The translations under genes and the position numbers were made by a program. Under the pieces are notes generated by a model. The model made no database searches, was not told where the DNA came from, and saw only the letters and a list, made by a program, of their open reading frames with translations. DNA of 64,000 bases from an uncultured Trueperaceae bacterium (GTDB taxonomy: Bacteria > Deinococcota > Deinococci > Deinococcales > Trueperaceae), in contig CAWFFU010000011.1 in NCBI GenBank assembly GCA_963815215.1, positions 512,001 to 576,000 on the forward strand. The letters are read 5' to 3'. Numbering within the stretch: the first letter of the stretch is position 1; every line of letters begins with the position of its first letter. This document shows positions 9,458 through 18,701 of the stretch, in pieces.

Positions 9458-9909
9458 GCTCCCGACCCGATCTGACCTTCGACAGGGACGAGGCCCTGGA
9501 CGCGCTGGTCGCCGCCTTCGAACGCGGCGACACGCCGTCGGAGGGGTTCTCTCACCAGGCGCACCTCGCGGTCGCGCTGGCCTACCTGGATCGACAAGGG
9601 CTGGCCCGTGCCACCCGCTCCATGCGGACGGGCCTGTTGAGCTTCCTGGAGCACGCCTTCGGCGATCGCGCCGCCGCGGAGGTGAAGTACCGCGAGACCG
9701 TCACGGTCTTCTGGCTGCGCCTGCTCGCCGCCGAACTCGCCGCGACCGACGCCTCGCGCCCTCTCCATGAACGCGTCAACCCGCTGCTGGCCCGCTATCG
9801 CGACGCCTCGACCATCCACAGCTATTACTCCCAGGAGCGCCTGGAGAGCGACGAGGCCCGTAGGTCCTTCGTCGAGCCCGACCTCAAACCGTTGCCGCCC
9901 CTGCTGTGA
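9454..9909 (+). CDS. Hypothetical protein (HxxHL ... YxETxTxFW ... YYSxERL ... FVEPDL type)
   Basis: ATGA overlap with the USP gene; protein-like composition with a recognisable conserved-hypothetical pattern. Confidence 0.75.
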   Translation: MSSRPDLTFDRDEALDALVAAFERGDTPSEGFSHQAHLAVALAYLDRQGLARATRSMRTGLLSFLEHAFGDRAAAEVKYRETVTVFWLRLLAAELAATDASRPLHERVNPLLARYRDASTIHSYYSQERLESDEARRSFVEPDLKPLPPLL

Positions 9910-10044
9910 GCCTGCGGGGCCTTCGGCGATCCGCCCCGGCAACCGGCGCACGGGCGCGCGCTCGCTATGATGAACGTCGTTCGCAAGGGCCCATGGGCTG
10001 TTCCCGTCGATCGCCCAGGGGATCGGCAGCGGGAGGGGATCATC

Positions 10045-10998
10045 GTGTCGCAGGGACGCATCGCCGTGTTCGGGAGTCTCAACGTCGATCTGGTCACACG
10101 GCTCGAGCGCTTCCCGAGCCCGGGTGAGACCGTGTCGGCACGCGACTTCACCCTGTACCCGGGAGGCAAGGGGGCCAACCAGGCGGTCGCCGCCGGCAAG
10201 CTGGGCGCCGACGTCGCCATGTACGGCCTGCTGGGCTCCGACGCGCTGGCCGATCGGCTCCGCGACTCGTTGCGCGCGGCCGGCGTCGACGATGGCGCCG
10301 TGCGGGCCGTCGAGGACGTGGCCACCGGTACGGCGGACATCTGGGTGGAAGACAGTGGCGAGAACATGATCGCCATCGCCGCCGGCGCGAACGGCCGGGT
10401 CGATGCCGGCTACGTGGACGAGCACATGGCCGGCCTGGCGAGCGCGGCCTATCTGCTGCTCCAGCTCGAGGTGCCGCTGCCGGCGCTGGCGCACCTGCTG
10501 CACATGTTGCCGTCGAGCGGCGGGCCCCGCGTCGTGCTCGATCCGGCTCCCGCGCGCCCGCTCGAGGCGCTCCCGCTGGACCGCGTGTGGATGGTCACCC
10601 CCAACGAGCACGAGCTCGCCCGCCTCACCGGCATGCCGACGGGCGACCCGCCGGCGATCCGCGATGCGGCCCGGGCCTTGGCCGCGCGTACGGGCGTCGA
10701 GCTGGTGTTGACCAAAGCCGGAGCGCGCGGCGCCTTCGTGAGTGCGGGCGAGCGCTTCGAGACGGTGCCCGCGTTCCCGGTGGACGCCGTCGACACCACC
10801 GCCGCCGGCGACGCCTTCAACGGCGCGCTGGCCGCGGCCCTGGCGCGTTCGGCCACCGTGCGCGACGACCTCATGCAGGCGATCCGCTTCGCCCACGCGG
10901 CCGCCGCGATCGCCGTGACGGGCGCGGGCGCGCAGCCGGCCATGGCCGATCGCGCGGAGGTCGAACGTTTCCTGCAACGACATGGAGGTCCGGCATGA
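10045..10998 (+). CDS. rbsK: Ribokinase (PfkB family)
   Basis: 'GSLNVDLV', 'PGGKGANQAVAA', 'TPNEHE', 'DTTAAGDAFNGA'. GTG 10045 follows SD GGGAGG; adjacent to rbsD. Confidence 0.93.
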   Translation: MSQGRIAVFGSLNVDLVTRLERFPSPGETVSARDFTLYPGGKGANQAVAAGKLGADVAMYGLLGSDALADRLRDSLRAAGVDDGAVRAVEDVATGTADIWVEDSGENMIAIAAGANGRVDAGYVDEHMAGLASAAYLLLQLEVPLPALAHLLHMLPSSGGPRVVLDPAPARPLEALPLDRVWMVTPNEHELARLTGMPTGDPPAIRDAARALAARTGVELVLTKAGARGAFVSAGERFETVPAFPVDAVDTTAAGDAFNGALAAALARSATVRDDLMQAIRFAHAAAAIAVTGAGAQPAMADRAEVERFLQRHGGPA

Positions 10999-11390
10999 AG
11001 AAACACGGCATCCTGAACGCCTCGTTGAGTGAGCTGATCGCCACGCTCGGCCACACCGATCAGCTGGTGGTCGCCGACTGCGGCCTGCCGGTGCCGCCGG
11101 AAGTGCCGGTCGTCGACCTCGCCCTGGTACAGGGCATCCCGCGCTTCAGCGAGGTGCTGGCAGCGCTGGCCGACGAGATCGTGGTGCAACGGTTGACGGT
11201 CGCCGAGGAGGCCGTGCGGCACAACCCTGATGCCCTCGAGGCGGTGCGGGCCGCCTTCCCGGACGTGCCTCTCGACCGCGTTCCGCACGAGCAGCTCAAG
11301 CAGGAGCTGCCGGCCGTGAAGGCCGTGGTGCGCACCGGCGAGGCGACTCCCTTCGCCAACGTCATCCTGGAGTGCGGCGCCGCCTTCTGA
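10995..11390 (+). CDS. rbsD: D-ribose pyranase
   Basis: 'MKKHGILN', 'LGHTDQLVVADCGLP', 'VRTGEATPFANVIL'. Confidence 0.96.
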   Translation: MKKHGILNASLSELIATLGHTDQLVVADCGLPVPPEVPVVDLALVQGIPRFSEVLAALADEIVVQRLTVAEEAVRHNPDALEAVRAAFPDVPLDRVPHEQLKQELPAVKAVVRTGEATPFANVILECGAAF

Positions 11391-11438
11391 GCCGCGTCCC
11401 TCTCAGACGCCGCTCATCTATTTCCGTGTGGAACGGTG

Positions 11439-11470
11439 TTCAGCTTGGCTTCAGCTAGCGGGGGCATGCT
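11439..11470 (+). promoter_or_regulatory. Tandem TTCAGCT direct repeat (11-bp period) plus a -10-like CATGCT; possible winged-helix response-regulator box
   Basis: TTCAGCT at 11439-11445 and 11450-11456; CATGCT at 11465-11470; upstream of ATG 11487. Confidence 0.35.
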
Positions 11471-11486
11471 TGCCTCGGTGATAGCC

Positions 11487-12188
11487 ATGAAGAGAACCCT
11501 GATCCTTCTGTTCACACTACTCGCCCTCGGCACCTCCGCCCTCGCCGCCTCGCTGCCCAGCAGCGGGACCGTCACCGTCAAGAACGATTCCGGCATCCAG
11601 GTGGGAACCGGGACCATCGCCAACGGCAAGCTGTCGCTCTCGCTCGCCAGCGGCACCAGCGGCTTCGTGACGATCACGGTCACAAGCGCCAACGGCAGCA
11701 GCCAGAGCTACGAGGCGATGGTCAAGGCCGGCGGCCAGGTCACGGTCGTGAACAGCGGCCAGCTCAGCGACCTGTCGAGCTTCGCCAAGACCGGCGGCGT
11801 GGACAGCGTCGACGTCAGCGAGACCACGGAGAGCCAGACACCGGAGAGCCAGACCTCCCAGACCGGGCAGCAGGAGAGCCCGGACAGCGCCACCACCACC
11901 GGCCCGGAGGACACGACGTCGCAGGCCGGCAGCGCCAGCAGCCAACCGTCGAGCAGCAAAGGCAGCAGCGCCTCGTCGTCCGGAAGCGGCCCCGCCACCA
12001 ACGCTTCGAGCGACAACAGCCCCGATACCAGCGCTTCCCAGGACAGCCAGACCGAGACGGGGAGCTCCAGCGGCGACGATCAGGTGAAGGTCGGCGCCAA
12101 TCTGAGCGGCGGGGCCAGCACCCACACCGGCTCGGACGGGACCTCCACCGACTCCAGCGCCAGCGGTTCCGCCTCCACCGACGACTGA
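11487..12188 (+). CDS. Secreted protein: small beta-rich domain plus long Ser/Thr/Gly/Asp low-complexity tail
   Basis: Sec signal 'MKRTLILLFTLLALGTSALA'; strongly C/G-biased third positions. Confidence 0.8.
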   Translation: MKRTLILLFTLLALGTSALAASLPSSGTVTVKNDSGIQVGTGTIANGKLSLSLASGTSGFVTITVTSANGSSQSYEAMVKAGGQVTVVNSGQLSDLSSFAKTGGVDSVDVSETTESQTPESQTSQTGQQESPDSATTTGPEDTTSQAGSASSQPSSSKGSSASSSGSGPATNASSDNSPDTSASQDSQTETGSSSGDDQVKVGANLSGGASTHTGSDGTSTDSSASGSASTDD

Positions 12189-12325
12189 CCTACCTCAAGC
12201 CTAGGGCCCGCCCGGCGGCGGTCCCCCCGGGAGCCGCACCTCCCGAGCCCGCGAGCGCCGCGTCCGGATCCCGGACGCGGCGCTCGCTCGTCCTCGACCC
12301 ACGGGACGATGACGGCGTCATCCGC

Positions 12326-14371
12326 TCAGCGGCTGCGGGCGCTCGCCGTGAACCGCTCCAGCGCCCGTAGCTCGATGCCGTCGTCGAGCGGCGCCAGCGC
12401 GTCCCAGCCGCGCCGCTCGGCGATCCACCCGAGCAGCAGGTCGGCCAGCCACGGGTTGCGCGCCAGCACCGGGCCGTGAAGGTAGGTCCCGATGGCGTGC
12501 CCGTGCACAACGCCCTCGTCGGCCGCGCCCTCGAAGGCGTTACCGTGCCCCTGGACGACCCGTCCGAGGGGCGCCCCGCCGGCAAGGTGAGTGTGCCCGC
12601 CGTGATTCTCGAAACCGACCAGGAGCTGAGCCACGAACGGGCTCTCGACGAGCATCCTACCCACCAGGCGCGGCGAGCCCCGCGAGGTGGTGACGGGCAG
12701 CAGGCCGAGACCGTCCACCGGACGGCCGTCGACCTCGAAACTCTCACCGAGGAGCTGGTAGCCACCGCATACCACCAGCGCCGCCGCGCCGTCGGCGAGG
12801 AGCGCGCCGAGCTCGCCGGCGTGCCGCCGGAGATCGCTCATGATCAGTCCCTGCGCCAGATCCTCGCCACCACCCATCACGACGGCGTCGATGTCCTGCG
12901 GCCAGTCGTCGCCCACGTCGACGCGGACCACCTCCGCGGTGCGGCCGCGCCAGGCGAGCCTTCGACGCAGCACCTCGAGGTTGCCGCCGTCGCCGTAGGT
13001 ACCCATCTGGTCGGGGTAGAGCCAGGCGACGCGGGCCGCCCGGCCGTTCGGACCGGGCCGCACAGGCGCCGGCGCGGCGCCGGCCTCGCCGGCGGGCAAC
13101 GCCAGGCCGGCCGCCGGCGCCGGCGCCGCGGGCCTGTCCAGCAACAGGCGCGCCTGCTTGAGATTGGTGTAGGTCGACAGCACCAGCACCGACCCATCGT
13201 CGGGCGCGTCCCGGACCGCCACGGTGAGCGCATCGTGCAGCGTGGGGTAGGCGACGGCCGCCGGCCTCGGGTCCAGGTAGCGCATGCGGATCAGGAACTC
13301 CAGCGCGCGTGAGCCGCCCACCGCCACCCGACCCAGGTCGGCGGGATAACGGGCGTCCCAGAGCCAGGACACATCGACGCCGTCGGCCGAGCCGTCGTTG
13401 ATGAGGAACACGTGGCCGTCAACGTGCTCCTGAGCCAGGTTCCAGCTCATGCTGGCGGGGTTCTTGACCAACGCCAGGCTCACGCGCCTGCCCTCGATGG
13501 TACGTACCTCTCCCCTGCCGCCGACCGTTCCCGGCCAGACCTCGAGCCGGGGCTCCACGCCTAGCTCCATCGCGGCCGCGAGCGCGGCGGTGGCGCTGTA
13601 GGGGTGCAGGTAAGGGGGCAGCGGCGGGAACGTGCGCCCGTCCAGCGTCAGGCCCGCCCCGTCGAAGGTGGCCTCGAAGCGCGTGTCCGGGTTGGTGAAA
13701 CCACACGACTCGCAACGGTAGCGCCCCAGGTGAGCGTAGTACCGCTCGCCGTAGCCCAGCTCGCCGCCGCACACGGGGCAGGCCGGGATGTCGCTGGGGA
13801 CCTCCATCGCGGGGAGCGCAGCCCGGAACGCGAGGCTGCGGCCCGGAAGCGCCAGGCTGGCCACCAGCGGGTCATCGCCGTTGAGCAGCAGGCGCGCGTC
13901 GGGGAGGCTGGCGATGGCCCGTTCGAGATGGGCGCGGGTGGTCCGGACCTCACCGAAGCGATCGAGCTGGTCACGGAACAGTCCGGTGACGATCACCAAC
14001 TGGGGCGCCAGAGCGGGCGCCAGCTTCGGGAAAGCCGCCTCGTCGACCTCCATCACCAGCGCGTCGCCCGGGCCCGCGAGGAGCGCCGCGGCGATGCCCT
14101 GGTGCAGGTTGGCGCCCTCCTCGTTGGCCACCACCCTGCGCCCGTCACGCTCCAGCAGGTGGCGCAGCAACGTCATGGTGGACGTCTTGCCGTTCGTGCC
14201 GGTGATCACCACGCGCAGCGGGAAGCGGGCGGCCGCCCGCTCCACGAACCTCGGATCGAGCTTCAACGCTACCCAACCGGGAAGTGTGGTGCCCCCTCCC
14301 GGCCGCACACGCCGCAGCACGCGCTTCGCCACACGCCCCATCACGGGCGCCAATACTCGCCAAGCCGTCAA
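12326..14371 (-). CDS. murT-gatD: Fused MurT (Mur ligase + DUF1727)-GatD (type-1 glutamine amidotransferase), lipid II isoglutaminyl synthase-like
   Basis: MurT motifs: 'GGGTTLPG', 'ITGTNGKTST', 'MEVDE', 'LFRDQLDRFGE', CPVC/CESC, 'LVKNPA', 'ADGVDVSWLWD'. GatD motifs: 'LYPDQMGTYGDGGN', 'VCGGYQLLG', 'GFENHGG', 'GTYLHGPVLARNP'. TTG 14371 follows AGGAGAGG; alternative ATG 14341. Confidence 0.9.
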   Translation of the reverse strand: MTAWRVLAPVMGRVAKRVLRRVRPGGGTTLPGWVALKLDPRFVERAAARFPLRVVITGTNGKTSTMTLLRHLLERDGRRVVANEEGANLHQGIAAALLAGPGDALVMEVDEAAFPKLAPALAPQLVIVTGLFRDQLDRFGEVRTTRAHLERAIASLPDARLLLNGDDPLVASLALPGRSLAFRAALPAMEVPSDIPACPVCGGELGYGERYYAHLGRYRCESCGFTNPDTRFEATFDGAGLTLDGRTFPPLPPYLHPYSATAALAAAMELGVEPRLEVWPGTVGGRGEVRTIEGRRVSLALVKNPASMSWNLAQEHVDGHVFLINDGSADGVDVSWLWDARYPADLGRVAVGGSRALEFLIRMRYLDPRPAAVAYPTLHDALTVAVRDAPDDGSVLVLSTYTNLKQARLLLDRPAAPAPAAGLALPAGEAGAAPAPVRPGPNGRAARVAWLYPDQMGTYGDGGNLEVLRRRLAWRGRTAEVVRVDVGDDWPQDIDAVVMGGGEDLAQGLIMSDLRRHAGELGALLADGAAALVVCGGYQLLGESFEVDGRPVDGLGLLPVTTSRGSPRLVGRMLVESPFVAQLLVGFENHGGHTHLAGGAPLGRVVQGHGNAFEGAADEGVVHGHAIGTYLHGPVLARNPWLADLLLGWIAERRGWDALAPLDDGIELRALERFTASARSR

Positions 14372-14609
14372 TCGATGTCCTCTCCTGCGGCCCGTCGCCG
14401 CCGGACGCCGAGGCACGCCGTTGCCCCGGCCGTCCGCCGCCCGGCGACCCGGACGCGTCGAACCGCGCCCCGGGCGGCGGCGCGCCCCCATGCTACTTTG
14501 CGCGCGGCTCCCGTGCACCGTCCCGCGCTGCGCCACGCCGTCGTGCCGCCGGAGCCGTTGCGTCACCGCGATTGCGGGCCGGCGGCGCTGCTGGTAGCCT
14601 GAAGTGCAC

Positions 14610-15194
14610 ATGGCTCACCAACCCCTTCTCGTCGCCGTCGACGTTCAGCGGCTCTACCGGGAGTTCGCCCCGTGGGCGCTCGAAGGCGTGGAGCGGGTGG
14701 CGGACGTCAGTGCCGGACTGGCCGACGCGTTGGGCTGCCCGCTGCTGTGCACCCGCACCGTGCTACCGAGCGCGCACGGTGTGGAGGACGGCCCCTGGCG
14801 AGCGTACGAGGAGCGCTGGCAGGCGCTGCGCGCGCGCGCCGCCGCCGAACCCGCGCTCCTCGACCCCCTGCCCGCGCTTCAGCGACGGTGCCGGGAGGTG
14901 TTCGACAAGCACACCTACTCCGCTTTCGAGAGCCCCGCGTTCACCGAGGCCGTCCGGGCCTTCGCCCCTTCGCCGCTGATCGTCACTGGCGTGGAGACGG
15001 ATATCTGCGTCCTGGCCACCGTCTTCGGAGCCATCGACCGCAACCTGCCGGTCTGGTTGGTGACGGACGCCGTGGCCGGTCCCGATGCACGCGCCCAGCG
15101 GGGGGTGCTGGCGACGTTGTCCCGCATGCCCGAGCAGGTGCGGCTCGTGACCGCCCGCGAGGTCGTCGCTGCGCTCGCGCCGGAGGCGCCGTGA
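14610..15194 (+). CDS. Isochorismatase-family cysteine hydrolase
   Basis: Triad motifs 'VDVQ', 'FDKHTYSAF', 'TGVETDICV'. Confidence 0.9.
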   Translation: MAHQPLLVAVDVQRLYREFAPWALEGVERVADVSAGLADALGCPLLCTRTVLPSAHGVEDGPWRAYEERWQALRARAAAEPALLDPLPALQRRCREVFDKHTYSAFESPAFTEAVRAFAPSPLIVTGVETDICVLATVFGAIDRNLPVWLVTDAVAGPDARAQRGVLATLSRMPEQVRLVTAREVVAALAPEAP

Positions 15195-16345
15195 TCGACC
15201 CCGGCCCCGGCGCCGCGTACGGGACCCGCGCGCCGGTGGACGACGCCCGCTTCCTGGTGGCGTCCGCCATGCGCCACGCCTACGACGGAACACCGGTCCT
15301 GAGCGGCGTCGACCTGGCGCTGCCGCGCGGCTCGCTGACCTGCCTGATCGGGCCTACGGGCTGCGGCAAGACCACGCTGCTGCGGGTCCTGGCGGGGTTC
15401 CTCCGGCCCGACGGCGGGCGCGTGCACATCGGCGGCCGCGACGTCACCGAGCTGGCGCCCGCTCGACGCGGCATCGGCTTCGTCTACCAGGACCTGGCGC
15501 TGTTCGATCATATGTCGGTGCGCGGCAACGTCGGCTTCGGGTTGCGCGCGCGGGGCCTGCGCGGCGCGGACCTGGACCGGCGGGTGCTCGACATGCTCGG
15601 CCGGGTCGGACTCGCCGAGTTCGCCGGCCGGCGTCCTACCACGCTCTCCGGCGGGCAACGGCAACGCGTCGCGCTGGCGCGCGCCCTCGTCTTCGAACCC
15701 GACATCCTGCTGCTCGACGAACCTTTCGCGGCGCTCGACAAGAACGTCCGCGCCCGGATGCAGCAGGAGGTGAGACGGCTCCAGCAGGAGCTCGGCATCA
15801 CCACCATCCTGGTGACGCACGATCAGCAGGAAGCCATGCGGCTGGCCGACGTGCTGGTGATCATGCGCGACGGCGGCCTCGAGCAGAGCGGCCCGCCGCG
15901 CGAGCTGTACACGCGTCCCGGTACCGTCTTCGCCGCCCGCTTCCTGGGGGACGCCAACCTCTTCGAAGGACGGGTGCGGTCGTCTCCACCACGGCTCGAG
16001 GGCGCCGTGGCGCTGCGCCTCGCCGACGCCGCTGTGGTAGACGAGCCCGTTCCCGACGGCGCCGGCGCCACCGCCATGATCCGTCCCGAGGACGTCGCCA
16101 TTCGACCGCGCGGCCGCGGCGTCCCGGCCGACGCGGCGCCAGACGCCACCGTCCTGGAAGGCACGATCGAGGACGCGGCCTTCACCGGCGCCAGCACCGA
16201 GTACACCGTGAGGACCCACCCCGGGGACGTGCTCGTGCGTGTGCTGGCGTCCGGCACCGAGGCCGAGGCTCATGCGCGCGGCGCCCCGGTGTGGCTATCC
16301 TTTCCGCGAGAGCGCGTGAGCCTGATCCCTGAGGAGCGCCTATGA
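15191..16345 (+). CDS. ABC transporter ATP-binding protein (PotA/FbpC-like, TOBE C-terminus)
   Basis: 'GPTGCGKTT', 'LSGGQRQRVALARAL', 'LLLDEPF', 'VTHDQQEA'. Confidence 0.93.
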   Translation: MIDPGPGAAYGTRAPVDDARFLVASAMRHAYDGTPVLSGVDLALPRGSLTCLIGPTGCGKTTLLRVLAGFLRPDGGRVHIGGRDVTELAPARRGIGFVYQDLALFDHMSVRGNVGFGLRARGLRGADLDRRVLDMLGRVGLAEFAGRRPTTLSGGQRQRVALARALVFEPDILLLDEPFAALDKNVRARMQQEVRRLQQELGITTILVTHDQQEAMRLADVLVIMRDGGLEQSGPPRELYTRPGTVFAARFLGDANLFEGRVRSSPPRLEGAVALRLADAAVVDEPVPDGAGATAMIRPEDVAIRPRGRGVPADAAPDATVLEGTIEDAAFTGASTEYTVRTHPGDVLVRVLASGTEAEAHARGAPVWLSFPRERVSLIPEERL

Positions 16346-18630
16346 GCCTGCGCGAGATCGCCCCCCGCTACCAGCTCAACACCTGGCTGTCCGACACCCC
16401 CGCGGCCGTGCTCGATGCCGTCTCCGGCCTGTTCGTGATGCCGGTGGCCTACAGCTCGGCGGCGAACGCCAGCTCGCGGTTCGAGGAGCCCGCGCACGTG
16501 CGCTTCGGCGCGCGGCGCCTCGACGGCTCGCGGCTCGAGCTCGACGTCGAGCACGCCGGCTCCCGGTTCCGCCTGAGCTACGCCAAGTCCGGCCCCTACC
16601 ACGTCACCGGCGAGCTGCGGGCCGTCGAGCTGGGAGAGTGGGGGTTGCGCACCTGGCTCAACCTGCTCGTCGGCTTCCGGTCAGGCAGCGAGGGCGCCGA
16701 GGCGGACGCTCGGCCGCGGGCCGGCGCGGACGGCACGATCACGGCCGAGGCGCCGGGCCGGGCTCTGGCACTCACCGTCGCCGACGCTCCGGTCTTCGTG
16801 ACCCTCCACGACTCGGTGGAGGACTTCGAGGCCGACCTCGAGGAGCACGGCTACTACGCCGACGACGACGCCTTGCGGGCGGGGGCGGAGCCGGCGACCG
16901 CGAAGGTCGTCGCGTTGCGCTTCAACCTGGAGGCGACCCCGGTGGTGCGCTTCAGCCTGGCCGTCGGCGCGGACGTCGAGCGCGCGTTGGCGCGCTCGCG
17001 CGCCGACGACGGCCCCCACGCGACGCGCGACGCCCACCCGAGCGGCGACGTGGACGAGGCCCTGGCCGCCGTGGACGCGGTTCTGGGATGGAACTCGGTG
17101 CTCGATCCGGCGAACGGCCGCTGGTACACGGCCCCCACGCGAGCCTGGATCGGCCGGAAGTTCGGCGGCTGGTTCACCTGGCTCGACGACACCTTCTTCC
17201 ACGCCCACCTGGCGGCCGCGCTCGATGCCGAGGCGGCGCGCCGCAACCTCGAGGTGGCCCTCTCGAGCGCCACGCCCGAGGGAAACCTCGCCTGCCTGCT
17301 CAGCCCCCGCACCCGGTGGCTGGACCGCTCGCAGAGCCCGATCGGCGGCCTGGTGGCGTGGTCGGCCTACCTGCGCACGGGCGACGTCGGGGTGCTGGAC
17401 CGGGCCCTGCCCACCCTCGTCGCGGCGTTCGATTGGTGGCTGCGCGAACGGCGTGACGAGGCGAGCGGTCTGCTCTCGTTCGGGACCTCGACCTACGGCC
17501 ACGGCGCCTTCAAGGGCACGGCGCTGGCCGCCCGCGACGAGTCGTTCATGGACAACAGTCCCCTGCACGACGGCGTCGAGCTCGACCCCGCGAGTCGCCG
17601 CCTGCGTCAGCTCGACGTGGGCCTGTCCAGCCTGCTGGCGCTCGAGGGGGAGATGCTGGCGCGCATCGCGCGGCGCCTGGGTGAGCGCGACCTGCACGCG
17701 CGCCTGGCCGGCATCGCGACGGGCCTCAAGCGGGCCATCGATCGCGTCCTGTGGGACGAGGAGGCAGGCATCTACGTCAATGTGGACCTCGACGGGACCC
17801 CGTCGAAGCGCATCGGCCCGACCAGCTTCTACCCGCTGTTGGCCGGGGTGCCGTCGCGCGAACGTGCCGAACGCATGGTCCGCGGGCAGCTCCTGGACGA
17901 GCGCGCCTTCTGGGGACCGCACGTGCTGCCTACCATCCGGCGCGACGACCCGGCGTTCGGCGACAACGTCTACTGGCGCGGCCGCATCTGGCCGCCCACC
18001 AACTACCTGGTGTACCTGGGGCTGCGGCGCTACGGCCTGACCGAGGCGGCCACGGGCGTGGCGGACCGCTCCTACGCCATGTTCGCCGCGGAGTGGCGCG
18101 AGCACGGTCACTGTCACGAGAACTACCATGCCGTCACCGGCGAGGGCCATGATTCGAAGGACTCCGACGGCTTCTACGGCTGGGGGGCGCTGTTGCCGCT
18201 GATGCGCGTCGAGGAGGCCATCTTCCCCTCCCCCTGGGAGGGGTTGAGCGTCGCGACCGGGCGCGGGCCCTGCCACCGCGGCACCCTGTGGGCGGGGCGC
18301 ACCCTCCGCTTGGAGGGCGGCGGCACGGGAGGCGACGGCGCCTGGAAGCTCACGCTCGACGGCCGCCCGGTGCTGGCAGGCGATGTCGCATGCCGGCTGA
18401 GCGGCCTGCAGGTCGAAAACGCCGGGCTCGAGCTCATCGCCGAGAGCGAAGCCGGCGTCCACCTGACGGTGCCGCGGCTGACGCCCGAGCGGGTGCTCCA
18501 CGCCGCGCTCCCGGAGGGAGCCCGGCTTACGTTCACGACCGACGGTGCGCGCCTGGCGCTGCCCCCGGGCCGGAACGCCGCGCGCCTGGCGCTGTCGCGC
18601 ACCGAGGACGAAGGGGACGACGGCGCGTAG
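16342..18630 (+). CDS. (alpha/alpha)6 glycoside hydrolase, GH63/MGH1/trehalase-like
   Basis: 'WLDDTFF', 'DESFMDNSP', 'TSFYPLLAG', 'YWRGRIWPPTNY', 'HENY'. Confidence 0.8.
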   Translation: MSLREIAPRYQLNTWLSDTPAAVLDAVSGLFVMPVAYSSAANASSRFEEPAHVRFGARRLDGSRLELDVEHAGSRFRLSYAKSGPYHVTGELRAVELGEWGLRTWLNLLVGFRSGSEGAEADARPRAGADGTITAEAPGRALALTVADAPVFVTLHDSVEDFEADLEEHGYYADDDALRAGAEPATAKVVALRFNLEATPVVRFSLAVGADVERALARSRADDGPHATRDAHPSGDVDEALAAVDAVLGWNSVLDPANGRWYTAPTRAWIGRKFGGWFTWLDDTFFHAHLAAALDAEAARRNLEVALSSATPEGNLACLLSPRTRWLDRSQSPIGGLVAWSAYLRTGDVGVLDRALPTLVAAFDWWLRERRDEASGLLSFGTSTYGHGAFKGTALAARDESFMDNSPLHDGVELDPASRRLRQLDVGLSSLLALEGEMLARIARRLGERDLHARLAGIATGLKRAIDRVLWDEEAGIYVNVDLDGTPSKRIGPTSFYPLLAGVPSRERAERMVRGQLLDERAFWGPHVLPTIRRDDPAFGDNVYWRGRIWPPTNYLVYLGLRRYGLTEAATGVADRSYAMFAAEWREHGHCHENYHAVTGEGHDSKDSDGFYGWGALLPLMRVEEAIFPSPWEGLSVATGRGPCHRGTLWAGRTLRLEGGGTGGDGAWKLTLDGRPVLAGDVACRLSGLQVENAGLELIAESEAGVHLTVPRLTPERVLHAALPEGARLTFTTDGARLALPPGRNAARLALSRTEDEGDDGA

Positions 18631-18701
18631 GTATCGTGGGCTAGGGGTTCGATCGCCCCCTAGGCGGGCAGCGCCCGCAGCGGGGCATGAAGGGAAGGGT
18701 T

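Noticed and set aside
11815..11885. Short repeats GAGAGCCAGAC in the secreted protein gene
   Set aside because: They encode low-complexity ESQT repeats and are not a separate DNA element.
14372..14611. 80-aa N-terminal extension of the MurT-GatD ORF, and similar extensions on other track ORFs
   Set aside because: Low-complexity Arg-rich translation of the divergent promoter region; better SD-supported starts lie downstream.
18641..18663. Hairpin CTAGGGG...CCCCTAG between the GH and SBP genes
   Set aside because: Only a 7-bp stem with no U-tract; it might stabilise mRNA but cannot be assigned.
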